A stretch of DNA of 41,023 nucleotides from Eubacteriales bacterium (lineage in GTDB: Bacteria; Bacillota; Clostridia; Oscillospirales; CAG-272). The notes beneath the pieces were generated by a model. That model did not search any database and had not been told where the DNA came from. It worked only from the letters and a program-made list of their open reading frames with translations. A program made the translations under genes and the position numbers. Below are positions 16,091-23,201 of the stretch, one piece after another (the stretch's first letter is position 1; each line of letters begins with the position of its first letter). Location of the stretch: contig JAZQYE010000183.1 in the NCBI GenBank assembly GCA_045633385.1, positions 1 to 41,023 of the forward strand, given 5' to 3'.

Positions 16091-17170
16091 TTAATCAATC
16101 ACTCCACCGCCGATGACGGTGTCGCCGTCGTAGAGGACGAGGGATTGCCCCGACGTAATGGCGCGTTGGGGGTGGTCAAAGCGCACCGTCAGCGTGTTTT
16201 CGCTCGTTTGCTCCACGGTGCAGGGAGCAGGCGAAGCGGAATAGCGGATCTTTGCTTCGGCTCGAATGGAGGAGTCAAGGCGATCGGCGGCAATGAGGTT
16301 GACGTCGTGCGCGGTCAGATCGTGGTGAAAGAGATCGTCGTTAGAGCCGAGCGTAACGGTGTTGCGTGACATATCCTTTCCAATGACGTAGGCAGGCTTG
16401 CCAAGGGCAATGCCAAGCCCCTTGCGTTGCCCGACCGTGTAGCGAATAGCGCCGTTGTGCTTGCCGAGTGGCTTGCCGTCAAGGTCGATAAAATCGCCCG
16501 ACGGAAAGTCTTTTTTGGTCATGCGCTGTATAAAAGCGGCATAATCGCCGTCCGGAATAAAGCAGATATCCTGACTGTCCTTGCGGTGCGCGTTGCACAA
16601 GCCGTTGGCTTCGGCAATTTCGCGAACCTCTGCCTTGGTCAAGCTGCCAAGCGGCAGGAGCGTGCGTGCAAGCTGATCCTGCGTGAGTTGCCAGAGCACG
16701 TAGGTCTGATCTTTGGAGCGATCGGAGGCGCAGGTCAGATTGTAACGACCGTTGGCATCACGCAGAATGCGCGCATAGTGTCCCGTGGCGATCTTGGCGC
16801 AAGCGAGCTCGTTGCCGATCTCCAAGAGCTTGCCGAATTTCATGGTCTTGTTGCATTGCACGCAAGGGTTTGGCGTGTCGCCCTGCTCGTAGGTGCGAAT
16901 GAAATAATCGATGACGTGGTGGCGAAATTCTGACGAAAGATCGCGCACGTCAAAGGGGAGATCCAGCATTTGGGCAATACGCGCGGCATCCTTTTCGGCT
17001 TCGGGATCGGCGCAAGCCGCCGTTTCGGAGAGCAGATCGCAGGGCGAAAAAAGCTTCATCATTACGCCGTGGCATCGGTAGCCCGCATCGCGGAGCAACA
17101 GCGCGCAAACGCTGCTGTCAACGCCGCCGCTCATGGCAACCAGTACGGAGTCCTTGATCGCGTTGCTCAT
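16091..17170 (-). CDS. mnmA: tRNA 2-thiouridine(34) synthase
   Basis: It has the PP-loop motif VAMSGGVDSSV and is about 359 aa. The start at ATG 17170 overlaps the trmL stop as ATGA. The track ORF extends to 17185. Confidence 0.92.
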   Translation of the reverse strand: MSNAIKDSVLVAMSGGVDSSVCALLLRDAGYRCHGVMMKLFSPCDLLSETAACADPEAEKDAARIAQMLDLPFDVRDLSSEFRHHVIDYFIRTYEQGDTPNPCVQCNKTMKFGKLLEIGNELACAKIATGHYARILRDANGRYNLTCASDRSKDQTYVLWQLTQDQLARTLLPLGSLTKAEVREIAEANGLCNAHRKDSQDICFIPDGDYAAFIQRMTKKDFPSGDFIDLDGKPLGKHNGAIRYTVGQRKGLGIALGKPAYVIGKDMSRNTVTLGSNDDLFHHDLTAHDVNLIAADRLDSSIRAEAKIRYSASPAPCTVEQTSENTLTVRFDHPQRAITSGQSLVLYDGDTVIGGGVID

Positions 17171-17676
17171 TGCGCATCCTCCCACGAGAGCGTGGTCAAT
17201 TCGCCTGCCGTTTTCAGGTCTTCAAAGTTGCCCTGTCGCAGGATCTCGTAAACGGCGATCGCCACCGAGTTGGAGAGATTGAGCGAGCGCAAGCCCTCGC
17301 GCATGGGGAGTCGAACGCAGGTGTCCGCATTGGCGTGCAGAAGCTCCTCGGGCAGTCCCTTCGTCTCTTTACCGAACATGATATATACGGGATCGGGGTA
17401 TTCGATCTCGGTGTAAAGATGGCGCGCCTTGGTGCTGAAATAATACACCCTTGCATCGGGGTGCTTGGCGTAAAAGTCGTCCAAGCCGTCGTAATAGGTA
17501 ATATCGAGCTGATGCCAATAGTCCAGTCCCGCACGCTTGAGCTTGCGGTCGTCAATGGCAAAGCCCAAGGGGCGAATGAGGTGGAGCGATGCTCCCGTAG
17601 CGGCACAGGTGCGCGCAATGTTGCCCGTGTTTTGCGGAATTTCGGGCTCGTGTAAAACGATGTTGATCTTGCTCAT
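17167..17676 (-). CDS. trmL: tRNA (cytidine/uridine(34)-2'-O)-methyltransferase, SpoU/TrmL type
   Basis: MSKINIVLHEPEIPQNTGNIARTCAATGASLHLIRPLGF is typical of the TrmL N-terminus. The product is about 169 aa from ATG 17676. Confidence 0.88.
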   Translation of the reverse strand: MSKINIVLHEPEIPQNTGNIARTCAATGASLHLIRPLGFAIDDRKLKRAGLDYWHQLDITYYDGLDDFYAKHPDARVYYFSTKARHLYTEIEYPDPVYIMFGKETKGLPEELLHANADTCVRLPMREGLRSLNLSNSVAIAVYEILRQGNFEDLKTAGELTTLSWEDAQ

Positions 17677-17712
17677 GGAGACAAACAACCTTCCTTGCAA
17701 TGATTTTGTTAC

Positions 17713-17741
17713 ATCATAGCACATTTTTGTCGTTTCTGCAA
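17713..17741 (-). promoter_or_regulatory. Candidate promoter for trmL-mnmA (TTGCAG-17-TATGAT, TGn extended -10)
   Basis: On the minus strand, TTGCAG is at 17741-17736 and TGCTATGAT spans 17721-17713, with a 17-nt spacer. Confidence 0.5.
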
Positions 17742-17865
17742 GCGATTTTCTCTAAAGTTTACAAAATAATCATATATCTTTTTATATTTTATAGTATAAT
17801 AACTTTGATTATGAATTTTGTCCGTTTGCCGCAGTCTTTTGCGGCAGGAAAGGAAGATACCGCTT

Positions 17866-20640
17866 ATGTCACTTTACACCAAGCTGTTTGGCACCTACAG
17901 CCAACGCCAACTTAAAAAATTAAAGGTCATTGCCGATCAGGTCGATGCATTGGAGGATACCTATCGCAACATGACCAACGCCGAATTACAGGCAATGACA
18001 CCAAAGCTCAAGGAGCGTCTTGCGGCAGGCGAAACGCTTGACGATATTTTGCCCGATGCCTTTGCGGTCATGCGCGAGGCTGACGACCGTGTGCTTGGCA
18101 AACGCCCCTTCCGCGTGCAGGTATTGGGCGGCATCGTGCTTCATCAGGGGCGCATTGCCGAAATGAAAACGGGTGAGGGTAAAACGCTGGTGGCGACCCT
18201 GCCCGCATACCTCAACGCGCTTACGGGTAACGGTGTGCACATCGTTACCGTCAACGATTATCTTGCCCGTGTGGGTGCCGACGAAATGGGGCGCGTGTAT
18301 GAGTTTATGGGTATGCGTACGGGTCTTGTCGTTCACGGTCAAAGCACGCTCGAAAAACAGTTGGCTTACCAAGCGGACGTCACCTACGGTACCAATAACG
18401 AGTTCGGCTTTGACTATCTGCGCGACAACATGGTCATTTACAAAAAGCAGATGGTGCAAAGAGGACACGTGTTTGCCATCGTGGACGAGGTGGACTCCAT
18501 TCTCGTGGACGAGGCAAGAACGCCGTTGATCATTTCCGGTCCCGGTGAAACGGCGACCGATCTTTACGAGCGCGCCGACCGTCTTGTGCGTACCATGCGC
18601 AAGCACGTGGTTAAGGAAATGGACGCCAAGGAGGATCAGGATAACATCGATGCCGACTATATCGTGCACGAAAAGGCGAACAACGCTGTTTTGACCTCGC
18701 GCGGAGCAAAAAAAGCAGAGGCGTTCTTTGGAATTGAAAACTTCAACGATGCCGAAAACGCCACCATCGCACACCACGTGCATCAGGCGATCAAGGCACA
18801 CGGCTGTATGCACCGCGACGACGACTACGTGGTAAACGAAAACGGCGTTATGATCGTTGATAGCTTTACAGGCCGTTTGATGCCCGGCAGACGTTACTCC
18901 GACGGCTTGCATCAGGCAATTGAGGCAAAGGAAGGCGTTAAGGTTCAAAAGGAGAACAAAACGCAGGCGACCATCACCTTCCAGAACTATTTCCGTATGT
19001 ACCGTAAGCTTTCGGGTATGACGGGTACGGCTCTGACCGAGGAGAACGAGTTCCGTGAGATCTACGGTCTTGACGTGGTGGAGATCCCCACCAACAAGCC
19101 CATGATCCGCATCGATCACAACGATGCCGTTTACCGCAGTATGGAGGGCAAGTATCAGGCAATCGTCAATCAGGTACGCGAGTGCCACCAAAAGGGACAG
19201 CCCGTGCTGGTTGGTACCGTATCCATCGATAAATCCGAGGCGCTTTCCCTGCGCCTGAAGCGCGCGGGCATTCCGCACACCGTCCTCAATGCAAAGTACC
19301 ACGAAAAGGAAGCCGAGATCGTGGCGCAGGCAGGTAAAGAGGGTGCGGTTACCATTTCCACCAACATGGCAGGTCGTGGAACCGATATCCTGCTTGGCGG
19401 TAACCCTGAGTTTATGGCAAAGGCGGATATGCGCGCAATGGGCATTTCCGACGAAGCTATTGCAGGCTGTGCAGGCTTTACCGAGGTGGATGACGAGGAG
19501 ATCATGGAAGCAAGACGTATCTTCCGTGATCTGGTACAAAAGCACAAGGCAGAGATCGAGCCCGAGGCAGAGCGCGTACGCGCCGTGGGCGGCTTGTTCA
19601 TTCTCGGTACCGAGAGACACGAGAGCCGACGCATCGACAATCAGCTCCGCGGTCGTTCGGGACGTCAAGGTGACCCCGGCGAATCCCGCTTCTTCCTTTC
19701 CATGCAGGACGATCTGATGCGCTTGTTCGGCACCGACCGCTTGCAGGGCGTGGTGGAGGCACTCAATATGCCCGAGGATATGCCCATCGACGCAAAGATC
19801 TTGTCGGGTGCCATCGAAAACGCACAAAAGAGAATTGAGGATAACAACTTCAAGCGCCGTAAGTACGTATTGGCTTACGACGACGTAATGAATCAACAGC
19901 GCACCATCATTTACCAACAGCGTCAGGAGGTGCTCAACGGTGAGGATATTTCCGCAACCGTTCGCAAAATGCTCTCCGGCTCGGTGTCGGCGGCTGTCGC
20001 TACCTATCTCGTGGGCGACGAGCGCGAGGATTGGGATTTTGACGGCTTGCGCGCACACTACCTGGGTACGTTGACTACCGAGGAGGACTTCCGCTTTGAC
20101 GAGGAAACGCTCAAGCACGTCAAGCGTGAGGAGATCGAGGAGGAGCTTGACGAGCGCGTACAGAAAAAGTACGAGGAAAAGGAAGAGCTCTTTGGTGCCG
20201 ATACCTTCCGTGAGGTCGAGCGTGCGATCCTGTTGCGCAACGTCGATACGGCGTGGATCGATCACATCGATACGATGGACGATTTGAAGAACTCGGTCGG
20301 CTTGCAGTCCTACGCACAGCGCAACCCCGTTACCGAGTACCGCATTCAAGGTGCGGATCTGTTTGATGCAATGGTCGAAGATATTCGTCAGGGCACGGCA
20401 CGCGCATTGCTTTCCGTTATGCCCCGTCCGCAGGGCATTCAACGCGTGCAGGTCGCAAACCCTATGAATGCAGGTCTTGCGGGCAGTGGCGAAAAGAAGA
20501 AGATCGTGATCAAAAAGTCTGTGGGCAATACGGTGGTCAAGGATGCCAACAGCGTTGGCAGAAACGATCCCTGCCCCTGTGGTAGTGGCAAAAAGTACAA
20601 AAATTGCTGTTTGAGAACGCAGGATCAATCCAACGGATAA
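17866..20640 (+). CDS. secA: Preprotein translocase ATPase SecA
   Basis: The start is set at MSLYTKLFGTYSQRQLKKL, with GGAAAGGAAG upstream. It has DEAD-like motor motifs (MKTGEGKTLV, VDEVDSILVDEARTPLIISG) and a C-terminal zinc finger (CPCGSGKKYKNCC). Confidence 0.96.
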   Translation: MSLYTKLFGTYSQRQLKKLKVIADQVDALEDTYRNMTNAELQAMTPKLKERLAAGETLDDILPDAFAVMREADDRVLGKRPFRVQVLGGIVLHQGRIAEMKTGEGKTLVATLPAYLNALTGNGVHIVTVNDYLARVGADEMGRVYEFMGMRTGLVVHGQSTLEKQLAYQADVTYGTNNEFGFDYLRDNMVIYKKQMVQRGHVFAIVDEVDSILVDEARTPLIISGPGETATDLYERADRLVRTMRKHVVKEMDAKEDQDNIDADYIVHEKANNAVLTSRGAKKAEAFFGIENFNDAENATIAHHVHQAIKAHGCMHRDDDYVVNENGVMIVDSFTGRLMPGRRYSDGLHQAIEAKEGVKVQKENKTQATITFQNYFRMYRKLSGMTGTALTEENEFREIYGLDVVEIPTNKPMIRIDHNDAVYRSMEGKYQAIVNQVRECHQKGQPVLVGTVSIDKSEALSLRLKRAGIPHTVLNAKYHEKEAEIVAQAGKEGAVTISTNMAGRGTDILLGGNPEFMAKADMRAMGISDEAIAGCAGFTEVDDEEIMEARRIFRDLVQKHKAEIEPEAERVRAVGGLFILGTERHESRRIDNQLRGRSGRQGDPGESRFFLSMQDDLMRLFGTDRLQGVVEALNMPEDMPIDAKILSGAIENAQKRIEDNNFKRRKYVLAYDDVMNQQRTIIYQQRQEVLNGEDISATVRKMLSGSVSAAVATYLVGDEREDWDFDGLRAHYLGTLTTEEDFRFDEETLKHVKREEIEEELDERVQKKYEEKEELFGADTFREVERAILLRNVDTAWIDHIDTMDDLKNSVGLQSYAQRNPVTEYRIQGADLFDAMVEDIRQGTARALLSVMPRPQGIQRVQVANPMNAGLAGSGEKKKIVIKKSVGNTVVKDANSVGRNDPCPCGSGKKYKNCCLRTQDQSNG

Positions 20641-20652
20641 ACGGAGAGGGTT

Positions 20653-21426
20653 ATGGGATTCGGATATTTATTACTCGGGTACGTGATTGCATTTGTAATC
20701 TATATCACGGCGGCGGCACTGGGCGTAGGCTCGCTTGCATTGCTGTTGGGGTATTCTCTGATGCTGTACGGTTTGTGGAGCCTGACCCGTTATCAGCGTG
20801 CATTTGCGGCGGCAAAATGGATGACCATTCCGCTGATTTTAACGGCGCTGTATTTTGCAATCGGGGATGCCTGCACGCTCTTTTTGTGGCAGAACCCGAT
20901 CGCTCCGTCCGTCAAGAGTGCGGTGGAGTGGGGCGCGTTTGCGCTGATCGTGATCTTTCACTTCTTTATGCTGTACGGCATTCGCATGATCGCGACCGAC
21001 GTGGGATTGCCCAAGACCGCCACGCTTGCCGCAAGCAACACCATGGCGGTGGGCTTGTACGCCGTGCTGTATCTGGTGGGCAATATGCCCTTTGTGGGGG
21101 AAAGCATCAGACCGTATCTGACTCTTTCGGTCACGCTGTTCAATCTGGTGTTTATCATTTCCGATATCGTCCTTCTTTTGCAATGTGCCAAAAATATTTG
21201 CGCCGAGGGAGATGAGGATATGCCCGACAGACCCTCGCGCTTTGCATGGATTAACCGTATGATCCATGCCTATTCCAGCGTGCATGAGAGCTTGAACGAA
21301 AAATCGCGCGCTGACGGTGAGGCGTTTATGCAACGCCGTATGAAAAAACAGGCAGAGGAGAACGAGGCGCGTTACTCCGCATCTGCACAGCATTCCAAAA
21401 AGAAAAAGAAGAAAAAGAAAAGATAA
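20653..21426 (+). CDS. Polytopic membrane protein, function unknown, poly-Lys C-terminus
   Basis: The ATG lies 12 nt after the secA stop, with GGAGAGGG upstream. It has about 6 hydrophobic helices and then a charged tail ending KKKKKKKKR. Confidence 0.7.
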   Translation: MGFGYLLLGYVIAFVIYITAAALGVGSLALLLGYSLMLYGLWSLTRYQRAFAAAKWMTIPLILTALYFAIGDACTLFLWQNPIAPSVKSAVEWGAFALIVIFHFFMLYGIRMIATDVGLPKTATLAASNTMAVGLYAVLYLVGNMPFVGESIRPYLTLSVTLFNLVFIISDIVLLLQCAKNICAEGDEDMPDRPSRFAWINRMIHAYSSVHESLNEKSRADGEAFMQRRMKKQAEENEARYSASAQHSKKKKKKKKR

Positions 21427-21451
21427 GACTCAAAAAAGGAGGAATGAGGTT

Positions 21452-22861
21452 ATGCAAAGCAATATGAAAAAAACAATGGGATGGAAGCTCGTATTGCCTG
21501 CCGTGCTCATTCTTTCGCAACCGATCGTCGCGTTTTTCGACGTGCTTCCCGACAGCATCGGATACTTGCTGTTTTGCTTTGCGCTGATGCGGTTGGCCGA
21601 TCTGAACGAAACGCTTGCAGAAGCCATGGCGCAGTTCAAGCGCATGATTTGGATCAGCCTTGGCGTATTTGCCATGCAGGCTTATATTTACGGGGTGCTC
21701 TCCAAGGATGCGACCAAGCTCAACCCGTACGAGATCCCCACGATGGTGCTCTTGGGCTCGTTTGCTCTGTGCGCTTTGCAGATCTGCTTTTTGCTCCCCG
21801 CGTACCGTAACTTTTTTACGGGAATGAACGCCTTGTGCGACCGCTACGGGAGCGAGGAGAGGATACGCACCGATAAAAAAGGGTATTCGCAAGGGGAACG
21901 CATGGCGCGGCGTGCAGGCGTGTACGTGGTTGTGACCTCGTTGCTCTCGCTGTTGCCCGAGCTTTCGGTCTTGACGACGTTTGAGTACGAAATGGAAAAG
22001 CTCCCGTTTGATTGGTATCGCTTTATCGGCTTGTTCCGCGTAACGGCGTTGCTCGTGTCGGCAGTTTTGTTCGTGGTCTTTGCCGTTCGCTTCGCTCGTT
22101 GGTGGCACGCCGTTTTCAAGGATGAGCGGCTCATGCAGACGTTGGAGTCGCGCTACGAGGCGGAGATCTTACCCTGCACCGAAATGCTGATGATGCGTCG
22201 TTTGCGCTTTGCCATCGTCTTTTTGACGATCGGATCGGGGTTCGTTCTCAATTTGCGCATCGAGCAGCACAATTTGTTGCCGGGCATTTTCGGTGCGGTG
22301 TTCATCGGGCTTGGCGTGTGGATCTTTGGTGAGTATCTGCCGCACAAAAAGTCGCTGTTGCTGCTGTCTGCCTTTTTGGGTGCGATCAGCGTCGGGCAGA
22401 TCGCCTTTAACCGTTATTATACGCACTATTACTCCTATGAGGAGTCGGGCTGGGATCTGGAGGCGTATCGGCTCTTTTTCGAGCTGCGCCTGACGGAAAT
22501 GGCAGAGGCGTTGCTATTTGCCTTTTTGCTGTGCGAATTATTGCGCGCCCTGCTCTCGTTTGTCAAGGAGCACGTCTGTGAGCAATACGCAGGGGCGAGC
22601 GGTGCGGCGGTATCTGCCGCGGCGACCGAGCGGTTGCAAAAAAAGTTCCGCACACGCATATACGCCACCGTTGCGCTGTTTTGCGTTTCGGCAATATGCA
22701 GTATGACCGAGATCTTCTTTCAATTGCAGTACGCGTGGATGTGGTGGATCTCTCTGGCACTCACGTCGGCGGCAATCACTTGCTTTGCATCTCTGCTGTA
22801 TGCTCTGCTCGATCATCTTTCCTGGCAGGCACACGATACGCCCGTGCATAAAAGAGATTGA
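21452..22861 (+). CDS. Polytopic membrane protein (469 aa), function unknown
   Basis: AAGGAGGAA lies 9 nt upstream of the ATG. It has about 10 hydrophobic segments separated by Arg/Lys-rich loops, and I recognise no family signature. Confidence 0.7.
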   Translation: MQSNMKKTMGWKLVLPAVLILSQPIVAFFDVLPDSIGYLLFCFALMRLADLNETLAEAMAQFKRMIWISLGVFAMQAYIYGVLSKDATKLNPYEIPTMVLLGSFALCALQICFLLPAYRNFFTGMNALCDRYGSEERIRTDKKGYSQGERMARRAGVYVVVTSLLSLLPELSVLTTFEYEMEKLPFDWYRFIGLFRVTALLVSAVLFVVFAVRFARWWHAVFKDERLMQTLESRYEAEILPCTEMLMMRRLRFAIVFLTIGSGFVLNLRIEQHNLLPGIFGAVFIGLGVWIFGEYLPHKKSLLLLSAFLGAISVGQIAFNRYYTHYYSYEESGWDLEAYRLFFELRLTEMAEALLFAFLLCELLRALLSFVKEHVCEQYAGASGAAVSAAATERLQKKFRTRIYATVALFCVSAICSMTEIFFQLQYAWMWWISLALTSAAITCFASLLYALLDHLSWQAHDTPVHKRD

Positions 22862-22910
22862 CACTGCGCATAATAGGCACGTACCCAAAAAATGAAAAGG
22901 AGTGCCAAAG

Positions 22911-23051
22911 ATGCAAAACAATCAAAACAACAATCAAAATCAAAACAACCAAAACAAGAACGAGCAAAAAAATCAAAATCAAAACCAGAATAAGAACCAA
23001 CAGAACCAAAACAATCAGAACAAGAATCAAAACAATGACCGTTGTCACTGA
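22911..23051 (+). CDS. 46-aa Asn/Gln-rich micro-ORF ending DRCH
   Basis: GGAG at 22899-22902 lies 8 nt upstream of the ATG at 22911. Translation is MQNNQNNNQNQNNQNKNEQKNQNQNQNKNQQNQNNQNKNQNNDRCH*. The sequence is low-complexity, so coding status is uncertain. Confidence 0.4.
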   Translation: MQNNQNNNQNQNNQNKNEQKNQNQNQNKNQQNQNNQNKNQNNDRCH

Positions 23052-23115
23052 CGGTGCTCTCCCTTGGGAGAGTACATCGCATTGCTCAAAACGAGGGGCA
23101 ACAACCAACGGTTGC

Positions 23116-23145
23116 TTGACAAAAACACGCCGCGCGTGTTATGAT
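23116..23145 (+). promoter_or_regulatory. Candidate strong promoter for the ABC/DUF1854/ABC cassette (TTGACA-18-TATGAT, TGn)
   Basis: TTGACA is at 23116-23121, TG at 23137-23138 and TATGAT at 23140-23145. The promoter sits 57 nt upstream of the ATG at 23202. Confidence 0.6.
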
Positions 23146-23201
23146 ATTGAATGATTCATACAGCTTATATCAAGACTTCAAAAAACGTAAGGGGGGAGAG
23201 T

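Noticed and set aside
17700-17915. 71-aa plus-strand ORF across the trmL/secA intergenic region
   Set aside because: Its N-terminal part is translation of AT-rich promoter DNA. Only its last 34 codons, from ATG 17811, are discussed, and only as a speculative uORF.
17986-20628. 880-aa minus-strand ORF covering almost all of secA
   Set aside because: It is antisense to an unmistakable SecA with motor motifs and a zinc finger. Its translation is low-complexity and rich in Val, Leu, His and Arg. It is a typical shadow ORF of GC-rich coding DNA, with no RBS.
20604-21215. 203-aa plus-strand ORF overlapping the secA 3' end and the first membrane gene in another frame
   Set aside because: The frame at 20653-21426 has an SD, a start directly after secA and coherent TM-helix periodicity. 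The overlapping frame is Arg/Cys/Gly-rich with no start context.
22911-23040. Short-period repeat tract considered as a CRISPR array or minisatellite
   Set aside because: The repeat unit is only about 6 nt and degenerate. There is no repeat-spacer organisation and no cas genes in the window.
22776-23154. Alternative frames across the A-rich tract: a 98-aa K/T-rich ORF (22858-23154, +), a 33-aa S/K-rich ORF from ATG 22892, and 110-aa and 89-aa Leu/Val/Ile-rich antisense ORFs
   Set aside because: All are by-products of the CAAAAC simple repeat. The 98-aa frame needs a TTG start that overlaps the upstream stop codon. The 22892 ATG has no SD. The antisense frames have no start context. Only the N/Q frame has an SD-plus-ATG, and even that is reported with low confidence.
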